Below, piece by piece: positions 40,481 through 53,276 of a stretch of 64,000 bases of DNA; the stretch's first letter is position 1; each line of letters opens with the position of its first letter. The translations under genes were made by a program, and so were the position numbers. Under the pieces are notes generated by a model. The model worked only from the letters and a program-made list of their open reading frames with translations. It was not told the origin of the DNA and did not search any database. The DNA comes from the human T2T-CHM13v2.0 reference genome, Homo sapiens: NCBI RefSeq assembly GCF_009914755.1, contig NC_060933.1. One strand, given 5' to 3'.

Positions 40481-41519
40481 GGGGTATTTAGATAAGTTTT
40501 CAATGCTTCAGAGAATGACTGTATGTGGAGATTTTTATCCCTGTTATATTCATGAAAGACTCTGATTGAAGCCTTACCACATTTAATTGCTGTGTAATTT
40601 GTGTTTTGTAATACTGACAACTGACACTGCTCAAAATCAAGGTTCTGGCAGGCTGTTATGACTCCCCAGATCTGATTCTGTAACTCTGAAAAAGAAGTAG
40701 TATAATTCTATTCTGATCTGATATGCTATTATTAAATACAATATGGGTGTCCCATGAACACTTCCCTGTTTTTAAGACAAATTTATATAAGGAACAACAA
40801 GTCTACCTGGTTTATAGATAAATTCATGCAGAAACTTAAGGCAGAGGTTTTCTGACATTCAGTATGAGCTCACATTTCTGGTATTAAAGAGAGAAAGGAG
40901 ACGTTGAGGGATGGAATTAATGGAACCAGTACAGCAAGTTGAGTTATCTCTAAGAATTTACAACTCCACCTCAAGCAAATTTTAGAGTGTGCTCTCTGAA
41001 TTTGCCCAATTGTGATACTTTGATTGAAACAAAATTGAGTTGTTAGTCAGTTAAAATGGAGACCTAGTACTTCAGAGCAGTTGGCTGCATTTCAGAAGGA
41101 AGGAGAGGAAGAACATATTCAGAGACATTTACCTGGGGAAAGTTGTGTTTATCTAATAGTTTAGTTATTAATTGTTGGAAGCCCAAAATCTTTGGATCTA
41201 AGGGCATTTTTTCCCTCATGAAATCACCAGAATTTTTAATAAAGATATTTAAGTATGTAGCATTTTGCCTGCGAGGATTGGTTGTTATCTGTGCCTAATT
41301 GAGAAAATTTCTAAACTGAAATGACTTACTAATTTAATAATCACAAATAAGGGAGTTTGTTTCAGATTTTACCTTCAAGACATCCTTGGGGATAGATGAC
41401 TCAGGCATCCATAAAGAAGTAATAGTAAGTTGGTTAACACATTCACTAAACAAAGGGAGCCTCCTGTTATAGGCAGCACTCTTATTGTGAAGTTCTTCTA
41501 TATGGGAAAAGAAAAGGAG

Positions 41520-41990
41520 GACATTCATTCACATAACTAATGTTATTGAAACAAACCATATGTGCCACGATCTGCATTCAAAACGCTGTAATAAAACTGA
41601 TTAGGTCATGCTGTTTATCTAGAAAGATATTACAGCCTGGTGGGAAGTCAGAACTAGAACCAAAATATACTGCAATATCTTAAGTGCCCTCAGAAGGGCC
41701 AAAAAGAATACAATGAGGCTCAGAGGATTGAACTACTAATTTGAGGTTATGAAGTAGGTTCCCCAAGGAGTTGGCATTTAAAGGAGATAGTAGAGGAAGG
41801 GAAGACTCTAAGCAGAGGAAGCATCAGAGAGAGCGATAGCCTGGCCTGCTGAGTTGCCTTATAATGGTGACAACTGTGGCTTCAGCAGAGATGATGGTGG
41901 AGGGTAAGACAGTGGCAGCTCTTGTGTACCAAGCTAAGGAGTTGGGCCTTCATCCTGTATATATAACAAATGCCACTGTTTCCTTCTTTA
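41520..41990 (-). mobile_element. L2 fragment
   Basis: CATTCATTCAC...TTATTGAAAC...CTAAGCAGAGGAAGCATC...AAGCTAAGGAGTTGGGCCTTCATCCTGTA. Confidence 0.6.
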
Positions 41991-42639
41991 AATATAGTGA
42001 TTGAAAAGGAGGTGCTCTTTAGGGTACAATCAGGAGTGGTTTCATTCCAAATATGTCCTCTAAATTGCTCCATAAGCTGAGAAAATTTCATAGCTTTTTG
42101 TCACTTTCAGTATAGATAAAACTCTTTAGAAAGACCAACGTGCTATGGGTCAAAATTCCAAATTCTCATTCAACTAAGGACATCTTCCCTTCACCACAGC
42201 CAAAACCTGACCTGGCTACAGAAGGAGGAGTGGGGAGTGGCATGGTCTCTGAGCCGGTACTAGGATGAGTCCCCCGCCCCCTTAAATTTTGCTCCCCAGA
42301 TGCCTCACTCGCTTCACCCTAATCTCTGCTCTACAAGTTGTTTTAATTTTTCTCCCGTCTCCCGCACTCCCTTCTCCTTTTCACTATGCCTGTTACTTCA
42401 GATTTTGAAGGAAATATGGGTAAAGGAGCAACAGAGAGGAGAAGTGCCTTTTCAGTTGGCTGGTGGTGTTTGTTTTCTTGATGGTTAACACCTTTTGTTG
42501 TAGCAGACATTCAAATGCTCTTCATGGCCTTTGGAGGCCTCTGACCTGGGAAATTGGCAATTTCCTTAGGTATGTTATGCATTCTCCAGCTGACACCTTT
42601 GGGCTCCTCCTCAGTCCGTGCCAATTATATAACGCACAC

Positions 42640-43908
42640 ACAGAAGTGGATTTACCCTGAAGCTAATGACGCTTCAGCTTCAGGGCCCCTCACCTGCACA
42701 GGCTCCTACCAAGGTCCTAGGAAGGCCCCTACCAGTGTGTCTGTGCAGTCATATGCTTTTGTAAAATTTATAAGGATAAGCTGTTTTAACACAGTTAAGT
42801 CTGAAGTCTCTTTCCTTTCCAATTTTTCCTTTGAAATAATTCTCCTTATGTTTGGTGAACTTAGAGTGTGATGGGGAATTTTGGGAAGGTGATTTGAGGA
42901 TCCATTAAATTAGGATTTGGTGGGATACATTTGTGTGGTTCCAAAGTCACAAGATTTTGCTATGGATTCCAGAAATATTCCTATCACTCACTGTCATAAA
43001 AAGGTATAGGGGATAAAGGTTTTTATTTGTTTTTTTTGCTTTTGCTTCTGTATTTTTTTTGAGATGTAATCTGACTCTGTCACCCAGGCTAGAGTGCAGT
43101 GGTGCAATCATGACTCATGCGTCCTCGACCTCCCTGGGTTCAGGTGATCCTCCCGCCTCAGTCTCTGATTAGCTGGGACTACAGGCATGTGTCACCCTGC
43201 CTGGCTAATTTTTTTTGTATTTTTGTAGAGATGGGGTGTCAGCATGTTGCCCAGGCTGGTCTTGAACTCCTGGGCTCACGTGATCTGCAATTACAGGCAT
43301 GAGCCACTGTGCCTGGCCTAGGACAAAGGTTTTATTGACATAAAGTGTCCTACGGCATCTGGCCTCAGAAGTATGTGGGTAATGAAGAAGAAATAAGGTC
43401 TAAAACCTATGAGGCTCAGAGCTAGTCTGTGAAAAATTCTTTCAAATATTACAAATCAGACCTGATAAAAACTGGTCAGAGTTTCCTAAATTTGATAACA
43501 ATCCAGAAAGTTTATATGGCATCACCAAAATAAGATTTAAAGAAAAAAGAAACTTTCTAAACTATGAGAAACCAAAAAAAATTGATTCAACCATACCCAA
43601 TCAAAGACTAAATGATCTTAAAATTTTCTCTACTATCATTGTCACATGAAGCAGGTATCAAAAATATGAAGCCAAAAATTAGGGGTAAAACTATTACGAA
43701 GAAGTGTCAGACAATTAATTATTAAAAATGTTACATTATTGTGGGGATTTGGGTGTTTCTGGCATTTGTCAGCTTTTAAAAATTTGTATTTTGTTATCTT
43801 TTTTCATTCTAAAGCAGTATTTGCTTTTGTGATGTAAAAGTATCAGAAAATTTTTATGTGTTGAAGAATCATATGTACTTCAGGCCCACAAAACCTAGAT
43901 TCACTCTT
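42640..43908 (+). mobile_element. hAT-Tip100 DNA transposon relic (Arthur1-like), interrupted by AluJ
   Basis: 5' CAGAAGTGGATTTACCCTGAAGCTAATGACGCTTCAGCTTCAGGGCCCCTCAC and 3' CTTCAGGCCCACAAAACCTAGATTC match recalled Arthur1 ends. Confidence 0.65.
43029..43318 (-). mobile_element. AluJ with ~30-bp internal deletion
   Basis: Alu body with GTGATCTGC fused directly to ATTACAGGCATGAGCC. Degenerate TSD TAGG..A.AAAGGTTTT. Confidence 0.9.
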
Positions 43909-43924
43909 TAAAAAAAAAAAAAAA

Positions 43925-44368
43925 TTCAGCATTTATTTCAAGTTTAGGGAGTACACATGCAAGTTTGTTACTTGGGTTTATTGTGTGATGCTGAGGTTTT
44001 GGAGTATGACTGAACCCATCACTCAGGTACTGAGCATAGTACCCAATCATTGGTTTTTCAACCCTCGCCCCCTCCCTTCCTTCCCCCTCTAGTAGTCCCT
44101 AGCTTCTATTGCTGACATCTTTATGATGATGAGTACCCAGTGTTTAGCTCCCACTTGGGAGCTAAGCGAGAACATGTGGTATTTGGTTTTCTGTTCATGC
44201 ATTAAATCACTGAGGATAATGGTCTCCAGCTGCATCCAGGTTGCTGCAAAGGATATATTTCATTCTTTGTTACGATTGCATAGTATTCCACGAGGTATAT
44301 GTACCACATTTTCTTTATCCAGTCCACCACTGATAGGCATCTAGGTTGACTCCATGTCTTGGCTATTA
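43925..44368 (-). mobile_element. L1PA15/16-like 3' end
   Basis: GTACACATGCAAGTTTGTTAC...GTGATGCTGAGGTTT...TGTTTAGCTCCCACTT...CATAGTATTCCA. Confidence 0.88.
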
Positions 44369-44895
44369 GAGTCATCCTTTTCAATGGGTGCATCTTTTCA
44401 GGTAGGCATCTTCTTGAACAGTAAGCTTTCAAGATGATTTGAGCTTGCTGACTTTCCATGATGTCAGCTGGGTCACAGATATGTTAGCATCCCTGCCTTG
44501 CCAAACTCTGGAAAGGTGAGTTGCTTCAAAGACCACATTCTCACTTTCTTCAGAGAGCCAGGCCAATGAGTGTATGTGCTCTCTCAGCAAACCTCCAGCC
44601 AGCATGGGAAGACAGCAGCATACTCTCTGGCAAGGTCTCCTCTACCCTATTCCACCCCGATAAACACAGTGTTGCTTTTGAGGCTTCTTTCACTTACCTT
44701 GAGGCAGAGAAGGGCAAAGGGTGGGAGATGCCTTAGACTCATCTTTGCAGGTGAATACTTAAATCCCTTCAATTAAATTTGTGCTGATGATTCTTCTCAA
44801 TGATTCTCTAGCTTTCAATTATGTGTACAGTGGATGTGCATGCTGAACAAAGGTCTCATAACTGGTTTCACTTTCTCTGGGTAAGTCCTCTAAGG

Positions 44896-45222
44896 CAGCA
44901 GTCCCCAACCTTTTTGGCACCAGGGACTGTGGAAGACAATTTTTCCATGGACCAGGGTGTGGGGGAGGTATGGTTTGGGGATGAAACTGTTCCACCTCAG
45001 ATCATCAGGCATTAGATTTTCCTAAGGAGCTCACACCTAGCTCGCATACACAGTTCACAATAGTGTTTGTGCTCCTATGAGAAGCAAATGCCACTGCTGA
45101 TCTGGCAGAACTCAGGTGGCGGTAATGCTGGCTCTCCTGCCACTCACCTCCTGCTGTGCGGCCTGGTTCCTAACAGGCCACAAACTGGCACTGGTCTGCA
45201 GCCTAGGGGTTGGGGACCCATG
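44896..45222 (+). mobile_element. MER1B hAT-Charlie DNA transposon
   Basis: TIRs CAGCAGTCCCCAACC...GGTTGGGGACCCATG. 8-bp TSD-like CTCTAAGG/CTCTAGTG. Confidence 0.9.
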
Positions 45223-45344
45223 CTCTAGTGTATCTAGCACCTCTTGTTAGAGAAAGAGGACAATTGTTATCCATTGGCCTCAGCTGCAATTTCAAAAGAA
45301 GCACATTTTGGCATAACCACTTTTGTCCAAACATGTAGTCCTTC

Positions 45345-45617
45345 TTTTTTAATTTTTAGCTTTGGTGGGTACATAGTAGATGTATATATTTATGGGTTAC
45401 ATGAGGTATTTTGATATAGGTATGCAATGCATAATAATCACATCAAGGTAAATGGGGTACCCATCACCTCAAACATTTATCCTTTGTGTTAGAGAAAATC
45501 CAATTATAATAGCTCTTTTAGTTATTTTTAAATGTGCAATTAAATTATTTTTGACCATAGTCACCCTATCCTGTTAGCAAATACTAGGTTTTACTCATTC
45601 TTTAACTTTGTATCCAT
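45345..45617 (-). mobile_element. L1MA 3' end
   Basis: GGGTACATAGTAGATGTATATATTTATGGG...AATAATCACATCAAGGTAAATGGGGTA. Confidence 0.85.
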
Positions 45618-47789
45618 TGTAGTTATTTCTTTGACTTCAATATTTTACCAGCAATCAGGTCAGTGATCAAACAAAAGAAAGGAATTCCAGGCAAATGAAT
45701 TGACCCATGCAAAGGCATTAAGGATAGAAAAAAAGTGGCTCCGGGATCCATGGGATGTTAGGGCACCTGAAGCAGAGGACAATGTGAGATGAAGTACGAA
45801 GAGCTGATGTTAGAAAAGGGTTACGTTGTGACTACCTTTTGTAGGGTATTCGATTGTTTCCTCAAAGGTCCATGTTTAAATCTGAGGCATCTTTTAAGCC
45901 TTCAGGACATTTTAGCAACCATCTCTTTCTTTTATAATTTCCTTAAGTTTTTATTTATTAATCCCCGGCATCTAATTTTCTACCTTCACAAAAATTTCAG
46001 GAATCTGCTGTTATCTTTGGGTAATTGCGAGAACATGTTTCTTTGCCTTCCACATCACTTCCTCTCCGATTTTTTCAGATTCTGACTGCTTCAAACTCCA
46101 AACCTCTTTTTCTGTATGGAAGAATTCAATGGTAGAGAAATTAAGAGGCTTTTCATGGTTTTCTAGGAAAATACTAAGAAGTGGATGAGGAAATTGGAAT
46201 TGTAATGATTGAATTGTTTTCTGTATTGTGGCAGGAATGTCACCCTCTATGCTGCAATTTGTATACACTTTTGGTTAAAGTTCAGAGCAACATATATCAA
46301 TATAGATGTTTTAAGGCTAAAAGATACTGGGGAAAAAGTGAGAGTACTTGCACCTGGCACACGATTGTTTTCAAAATGCTATACTGAACCTCATCTTGTT
46401 GGATTCTCACAAGGATCCCAGGAAATAGGATTCTAACTACTACATATGAGGAAAGCCAGACACAGACAGGTAGAGTAAATTGGCTGTATAGTGACAATGT
46501 CAGGACTATAATTCTAACCTCTCAATTCTCTTTCATATGTGGTGTTCTTTCCCTGAACACACTGAGGCTGGACAAGGAAACAGAAGAGATCAGGGGGAAC
46601 AGACAAAAGGGAGAAAGTGGAGTGAGTCAAGGACAGAGCCAGGTTGATGCCTGTCTTGCCTCACGCTACATGAATATCCTGGATAGCTTAAGGCTGCAGG
46701 TGTCACTTTTGGCCCAAAGGAAACTGCCTGGGGAAATGACACAGTGCATCAATCCACAGAAAGTCCTCCTTAACTGAGACGACAGAGACGTTTTCCTAAA
46801 CAGATCAGACATGTTTACGGATAATTCTGCAAGAATTTGTGGGAGCGTTTCAGGGGGCTTGGTGTCCTGGTGTGTGTGTGTATGTGTTCTACAAATGGTA
46901 TTTTGTGTCTTTAAATGAATTCTTTTTGTTTTGTAAATATTCCCAATATCATGGTTGTATAAGATGAATTTTTCTCAGTATCATTAGATAGGATAAAATG
47001 CCTTCTATTATATGTTGTTGAAGAAAATGACATCTGGCATGCGATTTTTGCCTTTACTTTTCCTTTCCTACCTGTATGTTGGGCTAAGTGAGCCATAGCG
47101 GAGAAGGTACAAAATGATATAATTTGACTGTCTTTTTGAGACCAAAATTTTTGAGTATAGCACAACATAAATGGAGTTTATATTTTGATGACTTAATATT
47201 TGAATTACTCTTCAGATATTTATTTCTCACTGCATTTAACAGTCTCAGGGACCACGCAGACTTAGCATCTCACTCCGAGACTATGCGAGTGCATATTCTT
47301 TTATATTTATTTTATTTTGTAATTACTAGAATGCATATGGCCTGAGCAAATTTAACAAATTATTTTTGTTGCTTCACTTATAAATGTCTGAAATCAAAAG
47401 TTTCATGAAGCTACTGTTTTATTAGCTCTTCTTAGCTATTATGCAAAGAAAGAATATTTTATATGCTGAACGAGAATAAAAAGTATTATAATGCACTTTC
47501 AATATTTATGCCAAGCTTTTTTTCCATGAAAAATGATTATATCATCAATTTGCATCATTTTAATAATTTTTATTGGCATATAATGTAGTATCTTGGCTGA
47601 AATATAACAACAGATGGCTACAAATTTTTGAGTTATTGATTTATGCATATAGATATTTAAGAACAGGAAGGGAAAAGGGTTCTAGGACACTCATTCAAAT
47701 GAAGGCTAACAAGAATGGAGTTTTAAAAGGAAGGGGCCTTAATCTCTTGACTGTCAAATATTAAGACAAAACTAATTCACTCCTGACAG

Positions 47790-48400
47790 ATTTGAGTAAA
47801 TTGAGCAAATATCTTTGAACACCTACAATCAGACAATGTTTTACTGGACTAGTCATTAGTCCAGAATCCATGCAGTAGGTGGGAAAATTAGTGGATAAAC
47901 CTCTGGATAGGAAAGAGCCTAATGATAAGGGCCTCAAACATCTTGATGTTATTCAAAGGCAGTGAAGAGCCACTGGAGCCATGCAAACAGGGAATTAGAG
48001 AGGAGAGAGGCTGGAGGTAGAACCATCTTAGTATATCCATACACTATTAGTGTAATAGTACTATAACCTAGAACTCTAGGGAAGAGAATCAAAGAATTAG
48101 AAGAAAGGCAGAAATGTTGCACAGTTAAAGGAGTGGGTGGGAGACACCAGAGTTGATAGGTACAGAATGTAGCAACTAATTAGTGGTAAATAGAAATATC
48201 AAAGTTAAATCTAAGTTTTCAAGTACCTGTAACCGGGAATACACTGATCATGTTATAAAAAGACAGAAGTCACAGGAGGAAGCATTTGGGGAATATGATG
48301 AGGTATGAGATATTCATGTAAGGTTATCTAATAGGTGGGTAAAGTGTTATTTGTCTGGGACTTGATTAAGAAGATGAGGTATTAGGCATTATACACACAA
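47790..48400 (-). mobile_element. L2 fragments
   Basis: GGCAGTGAAGAGCCACTGGAG...GAGAGGCTGGAGGTAG...purine-rich L2 body. Confidence 0.5.
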
Positions 48401-48494
48401 TATATAGGATTAGGATATGTATTTAGGAATCATTTGGAGGCATTTGTGGTATTGTAAAAAAAAAAAAAAAAAAAAACAAAAAACAAAACAAAAA

Positions 48495-48665
48495 AACCAC
48501 TAGATTTAAATAGTAGGGTTAAATTTACAGACTTTGCCACTTTCCAGCTTTGAGGCCCTGGGCAGGTCACTGCCCCTGTCTGAGTCTCAGTTTCCTCTTC
48601 TCTGAAATCACAATAGGTTGTTACGAGTATTAAAGGAAAGGCTATGTACATTTTATAAGTGTCTA
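48495..48665 (+). mobile_element. MIR SINE
   Basis: TTGCCACTTTCCAGCTTTGAGGCCCTGGGCAGGTCAC...GAGTCTCAGTTTCCTCTTCTCTGAAAT. Confidence 0.7.
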
Positions 48666-49888
48666 GACAAATACAAGGTACAATTACACAGGAAAGGTGA
48701 TGGTGAATATGTGAGAGGAGAGCAAATGAGATTGCCAAGGGAGTGAGCGCAAGGAGATAGGAAAGACTCTTTGGGAATGCTTACACAGAAAGGGCCTGGG
48801 AAGAGGCTACTAGCAGAAGAGACAGACAAGAGTTTCAAGACTAAGCATGAGGTCAATAATGACAAAAAGTATCCAAGAAGGATGGGGAGAGGTTTCCTGT
48901 TGAAAGGAACCCATCAAATTGGATAAGTTGCTGCTCACCAAATGCTGAACCCTCAGAAAAACAGTTTCAATGACAGTGTGACAGCAGAAATCAGAGATAA
49001 ATGAATGGGAGGGAATATGTCTCTCTGGTAGAACACCTTTGCCACTCAGCATCAGCATAGATCCTCAATGCATACAACAAGATCAAGATGTTCCTCTTTC
49101 TTGCTCTCTGGACTTTTATGTCTTGATACCTTCAGCAGTCAGGTAAGAGGTTTCAGGAGAGATGCTGGGAGGAGCAACAGAACAAAACCTTCATAGCTAC
49201 TTTAAGGATGTGGTACCATATATTTTACCAAATGAGTTTGTGGTACCATTTATTTTGTCTTTACTGTTGTATCTGTAATTACATGAATGTTTCCTTTACT
49301 TCTCCATGTAAATAACCATACTAGTAAATTTATAGGAGGCCAAAATCCAAGGGTAGAGTGCACTGCAATTGCCATTTGTCTCGTTCTAATTCTTCACCAA
49401 ACTCCTGTTTCTGTTTTCTACATGGCAGTAGTTCTTCATATTCTGGATTATAGTTTCTATAAACTGCCCAAGTACTAATAGCCTTCATTTTTATTCTTTA
49501 TGCTCCTTAGTAAATCTTTGAATACCTTGCAGTCTGTGTGTATGTGTGGTAGTAGTTGTGGGGCTGGGACTGCATGTAATTCTATCGGATTATCCACTCT
49601 ACCTTCCTTACAATGTTTCTGATTCTTCTGATAGAATGGTTTTCTTCTATTAAATCACAGTTTTAGTGAATCTGAAAGCAAAAGTTACCTTCCTTTTTCC
49701 CAGCAAAATTGTATTCTAATGGAGGAAAATAAATTCTAGTTTTCAAAATTTTCCATAAATGAAGATTTAAAAAATTTTCCTCCTTATTTAAAGTATGATT
49801 TTAGGGGCACTTGTCATAAATACGGTTTAAACAGTCTGTGTTCTTGTATTCTGTTCATAATGTTTTAGGAAATATTTGGGGGTCTGGG

Positions 49889-50391
49889 TGTTACCCACAC
49901 AATGGCTGGGTTTGATTGCTTGGTGGGTGACAGTCCAAAGAGCACAAGTAAGGAGGATTTAACAAGGGGATTTTCATAACTTGCAACAAGTAAGGAGGAC
50001 ACTGGGAATAATTCCCCAAAGCAGTGCCTTTGTGAACCAAGGTGAAGACAGGGCTTTTATGAGGCCAGTTTTCTGAGTCATCCTATGCAGAGGTGGAATA
50101 AAGGCAGAGCAGGCACAATTGTCAGTGATGCTTCCACATGGTCGCATGTATAGAAAATGGAGAACAAGCTCCTTCCTGGGCAGGGTTTTTAGTATCATAA
50201 AGAGGAGAGTTTGCCAAAGTTCATCTCCAACTCAGGCATTCTGGATTCAACTGTTTTTTTTTTTTTTCTTCCTGCCAGGGATGGGCTTCTTCGTGGACCT
50301 TTTTGAAATAACAAGAACTTCAAGATGCAACAGTTACAGATAGGTACATTTTCATAGTGTGTACTCCAAACCTCATGGACCCTGGGTTAGG
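49889..50391 (-). mobile_element. 3' LTR of mini-provirus
   Basis: Homologous over its full length to 51687-52179 (shared blocks such as TTTGATTGCTTGGTGGGTGA, ATGCAGAGGTGGAATAAAGGCAGAGCAGGCA, CTCCAACTCAGGCAT). Confidence 0.9.
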
Positions 50392-50559
50392 AATCCCTCC
50401 TGAGACATTCCACTCCTCATTCCTGAGGGTTTAGAGACAGAGTTCATGCTTCTGTAACTATTTCATGCTGACCGAGTGTGTTGAGCTCCCTAAAGTTAAA
50501 GGAGTGAGACTCTTGGGCTGCTGAGTTCAAATAAGTTTTTCGGTCACCTGGAGTTGCTC

Positions 50560-50625
50560 AAAGGGGCTGATATTGTTGTAATAAAGCTGGAGATGAAACC
50601 GTTTGAGTCTTGAGGACACAAAGTT
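50560..50625 (-). pseudogene. Retroviral env TM cytoplasmic-tail remnant
   Basis: Minus-strand translation NFVSSRLKRFHLQL, then frameshifted LQQYQPL. Compare the gammaretroviral-type HERV env tail (syncytin-1 NFVSSRIEAVKLQ). Confidence 0.7.
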
Positions 50626-51664
50626 TGCTACTGCATTGGCCTCCGAGAGTCCTCTGGCAATCTAGATCTTCTAGTGTTGGAGTATGCAACCTAATGGGTT
50701 TTTCTCTAGGATTGAGGTCTGGTTTCCCCCACCCTCAGACACAACCCTCAGGATCTGATCCCAGCTTCCAAAAGATTTAAATATCAGATTGTTATGCATA
50801 TGTGTGATAATTGAGGTTTTCCTCTCAAAAAGCGTCTCTCAAAAAACTCTCTAAGGTGTAGATCCACAGTAAGCCAATATGTGAGGGTGACCCAGTGGTT
50901 CCCTAGTGTAACCCCATGAACATCCCCAAAACTCTGATTGCACCACTTGGTGACCCTCCTGGGTGTCACGTGAAGCAGCTGCCCCTTTTTTTAAAAGCTG
51001 ATACTTGAGAAGAACTCACTCAGGTGGTCCAGGGATGCATTGGTAAGAGCCTCTTCTCTTATGTTACAATTTTCGCAGCCTAGTTGTCAAGACTGAGGGC
51101 TTCCAGATGTACCTGGGTCGTTTCCCACTTTGGAAAATGCCCCCCGAATCTAAGGATCTTAAACCTGTCTTCCTGGAAAAGTTGATCCTCATGGGTAATC
51201 TGGCTAGGTACAGATTGCTGTTTATTGTGACAGGGATGCCTCCCAACCCTCCAGAGCACAGAGTGGCCAGGGATCAGGATTGCCAGTTGCCATGATGGGA
51301 GTGTATCTCAATCCTCCAGGGCACCAACTGGCAAAAGGTGGAAACTAAAACAAGAGGTGCATTGTGGTTAGTCTGGAGATCCTGTTGCTAGATCCTAGGA
51401 GTTTTCCCTTTTAGTCAGCCAACAGGGTGAAGTCCACTTACCGCCCTGAAGGAGCACCAAACAAAAGGTCCGGACCACTGCTTCCACTCTTTTGGGCTAG
51501 ATCCAAGTGATGGCCTAGTGGACTCTACCCCAAGATGAAGATCCTTAGGAATTGCACCCAACCCTCTCAGGCAACATGAGCACGTTAGCCCAGCCAAGCT
51601 GCCGCTGTCCACTGCTTTGCCCATAGCAAGCCTTTGTGAAGTTAGCGTTAGAACTGGAGTCTTT

Positions 51665-51682
51665 GTCTCATCTCGGTTGCCA
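51665..51682 (-). promoter_or_regulatory. Primer binding site, tRNA-Arg(CCG)-like
   Basis: TGGCAACCGAGATGAGAC, 4 nt downstream of the 5' LTR, 15/18 to TGGCGACCCAGATGGGAC (complement of the recalled tRNA-Arg-CCG 3' end). Confidence 0.75.
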
Positions 51683-51686
51683 GGGT

Positions 51687-52179
51687 TGTTACCCACAGAA
51701 TGAGTGTGTTTGATTGCTTGGTGGGTGATAGTCCAATGACCACAACAAAGAAAGATCTAACAAGGGGATTTTATTACTTGCAATAAATAAGGAGGGTACC
51801 GGGGATAATTCCCCAAAGTAGGCCTTCCCAATTAAAGGTTCAAACAAGGCTTTTATTAGGCTAGTTAGCCTCTACCTCATATGCAGAGGTGGAATAAAGG
51901 CAGAGCAGGCATAATCTCCAATCATGCCTCTAGATGGTTGCATTTATGAAAAATATAGAATAAGCTCCTCCATGGGCAGGGTTTTTAGTATGGTAATTGG
52001 GAGAATTTGCCAAAGTTTACCTCCAACTCAGGCATCTCTGAATCCAATCAGTTTTTGTTTTGACAGGGATGGGCTTCTTTCTGGAACTTGTCTGCAAGGA
52101 TAAGAACTCAAGGTTTAATAGTTCCAAGTGGATTCTTTTTCACAGTGTGTACCCCAAAACCTGGAGAAACTGGGTTACA
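51687..52179 (-). mobile_element. 5' LTR of mini-provirus
   Basis: TG...CA termini (TGTTACC...GGGTTACA on the + strand), minus-strand AATAAA, followed by the PBS. Confidence 0.9.
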
Positions 52180-52679
52180 TGTGCTTTGAGAACCATGAGA
52201 AGTCAAAATTTACCTTCACGTGAGGAGAGATTTGAATTTCTGTTGAATTTGTCTTTGGAATTTACGGATGAATTCCAAAGAGAAATTTATCCTGGTAATG
52301 TTAAAATATCTTATGCTAGGAATTGGCTGGTGATCATGTCAACATCCTAATAATGTTTATTAAGATTCTACATACGTTGGTAATCTTTACTATGGTTAAG
52401 TCCCTTATGATGATGACTTTAAAAATGTTCATTTTGCAGCATAAGTCATATGCAAGTGAACTGGTTAATATGCATGTTACAGATATAGTCTGTCCAATCA
52501 CATGCATTATCACTAATTGGTTTCTATTAGTTAAGACAGATGATGTAATGCTAAAGAGATCAGATGGACTGACACATCTGTCATCTCTGATAGTGTATTT
52601 TCTCTCCTTATCAAGTTTTACCTTTACAGTTAGATGGATTTGTGGTACGAATTAAAATGAAAGTGTTTTGCAAATAATA

Positions 52680-52850
52680 TTAGACTAGAGGAGGTGACCT
52701 AAGCGTTTTCATTTCAGATCCATCATGAACCAACCATGTATGTAACTTGGGCAAATCACTCCATCTCCTCTGGCCTCACTTAGTTTTCTCAACTACAGAA
52801 AGAAGGTTTGATTAGATTATCTCTAAGGGCCTTCTAAGTCTGTGATTCCA
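52680..52850 (+). mobile_element. MIR SINE
   Basis: GTAACTTGGGCAAATCACTCCATCTCCTCTGGCCTCA...GATTATCTCTAAGGGCCTTCTAAG. Confidence 0.7.
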
Positions 52851-53276
52851 AGTTTTCTTTTCTTTAGAACACATGATTTTATGCGTGCCTGTCTCTCTGA
52901 AAGAGTTCACAGTATGAGATTCAGGCCCTGTCACCTTGACACGTTTGTGTTTGAGCTGGCTCCCTGGTGCTTGTGTCAGCTCTGGGCTTTTCTTCACAAA
53001 GAGTGCCTACAGGCTGAAGTACTCTCATCTCTCAAGTGTTTGAACACCCCCTGAATTTGTAATCCGTTTTTCTTTTTTTTTTTTTTAGCACTAGTTCTCA
53101 TTAAATGAATTAAGTCACTTCCAGTGGCTATGGACCCTTATGTTTCCTTATATACCCAGTGATCTTACAGGAGTCCAATCCAGATTGCTTCAATTCATGC
53201 AAACCTGCTCACTGTTCTACTGTGTCCATTTTTTAGTATTATTTTCTTTGTCCAAAGAATATTGATATAGGAAGGT

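Larger units (their letters stand above)
49889..52179 (-). mobile_element. Compact internally deleted ERV1-type provirus with two LTRs
   Basis: Two ~500-bp direct repeats (49889-50391, 51687-52179), with PBS, splice donor, env-tail remnant and PPT in the correct order on the - strand. Flanks TGGG/TGTG (3/4 TSD). Confidence 0.88.

Noticed and set aside
45983-46110. Possible minus-strand exon (acceptor TTCTTCCATACAG)
   Set aside because: Weak donor, stops in the frames read, no other support.
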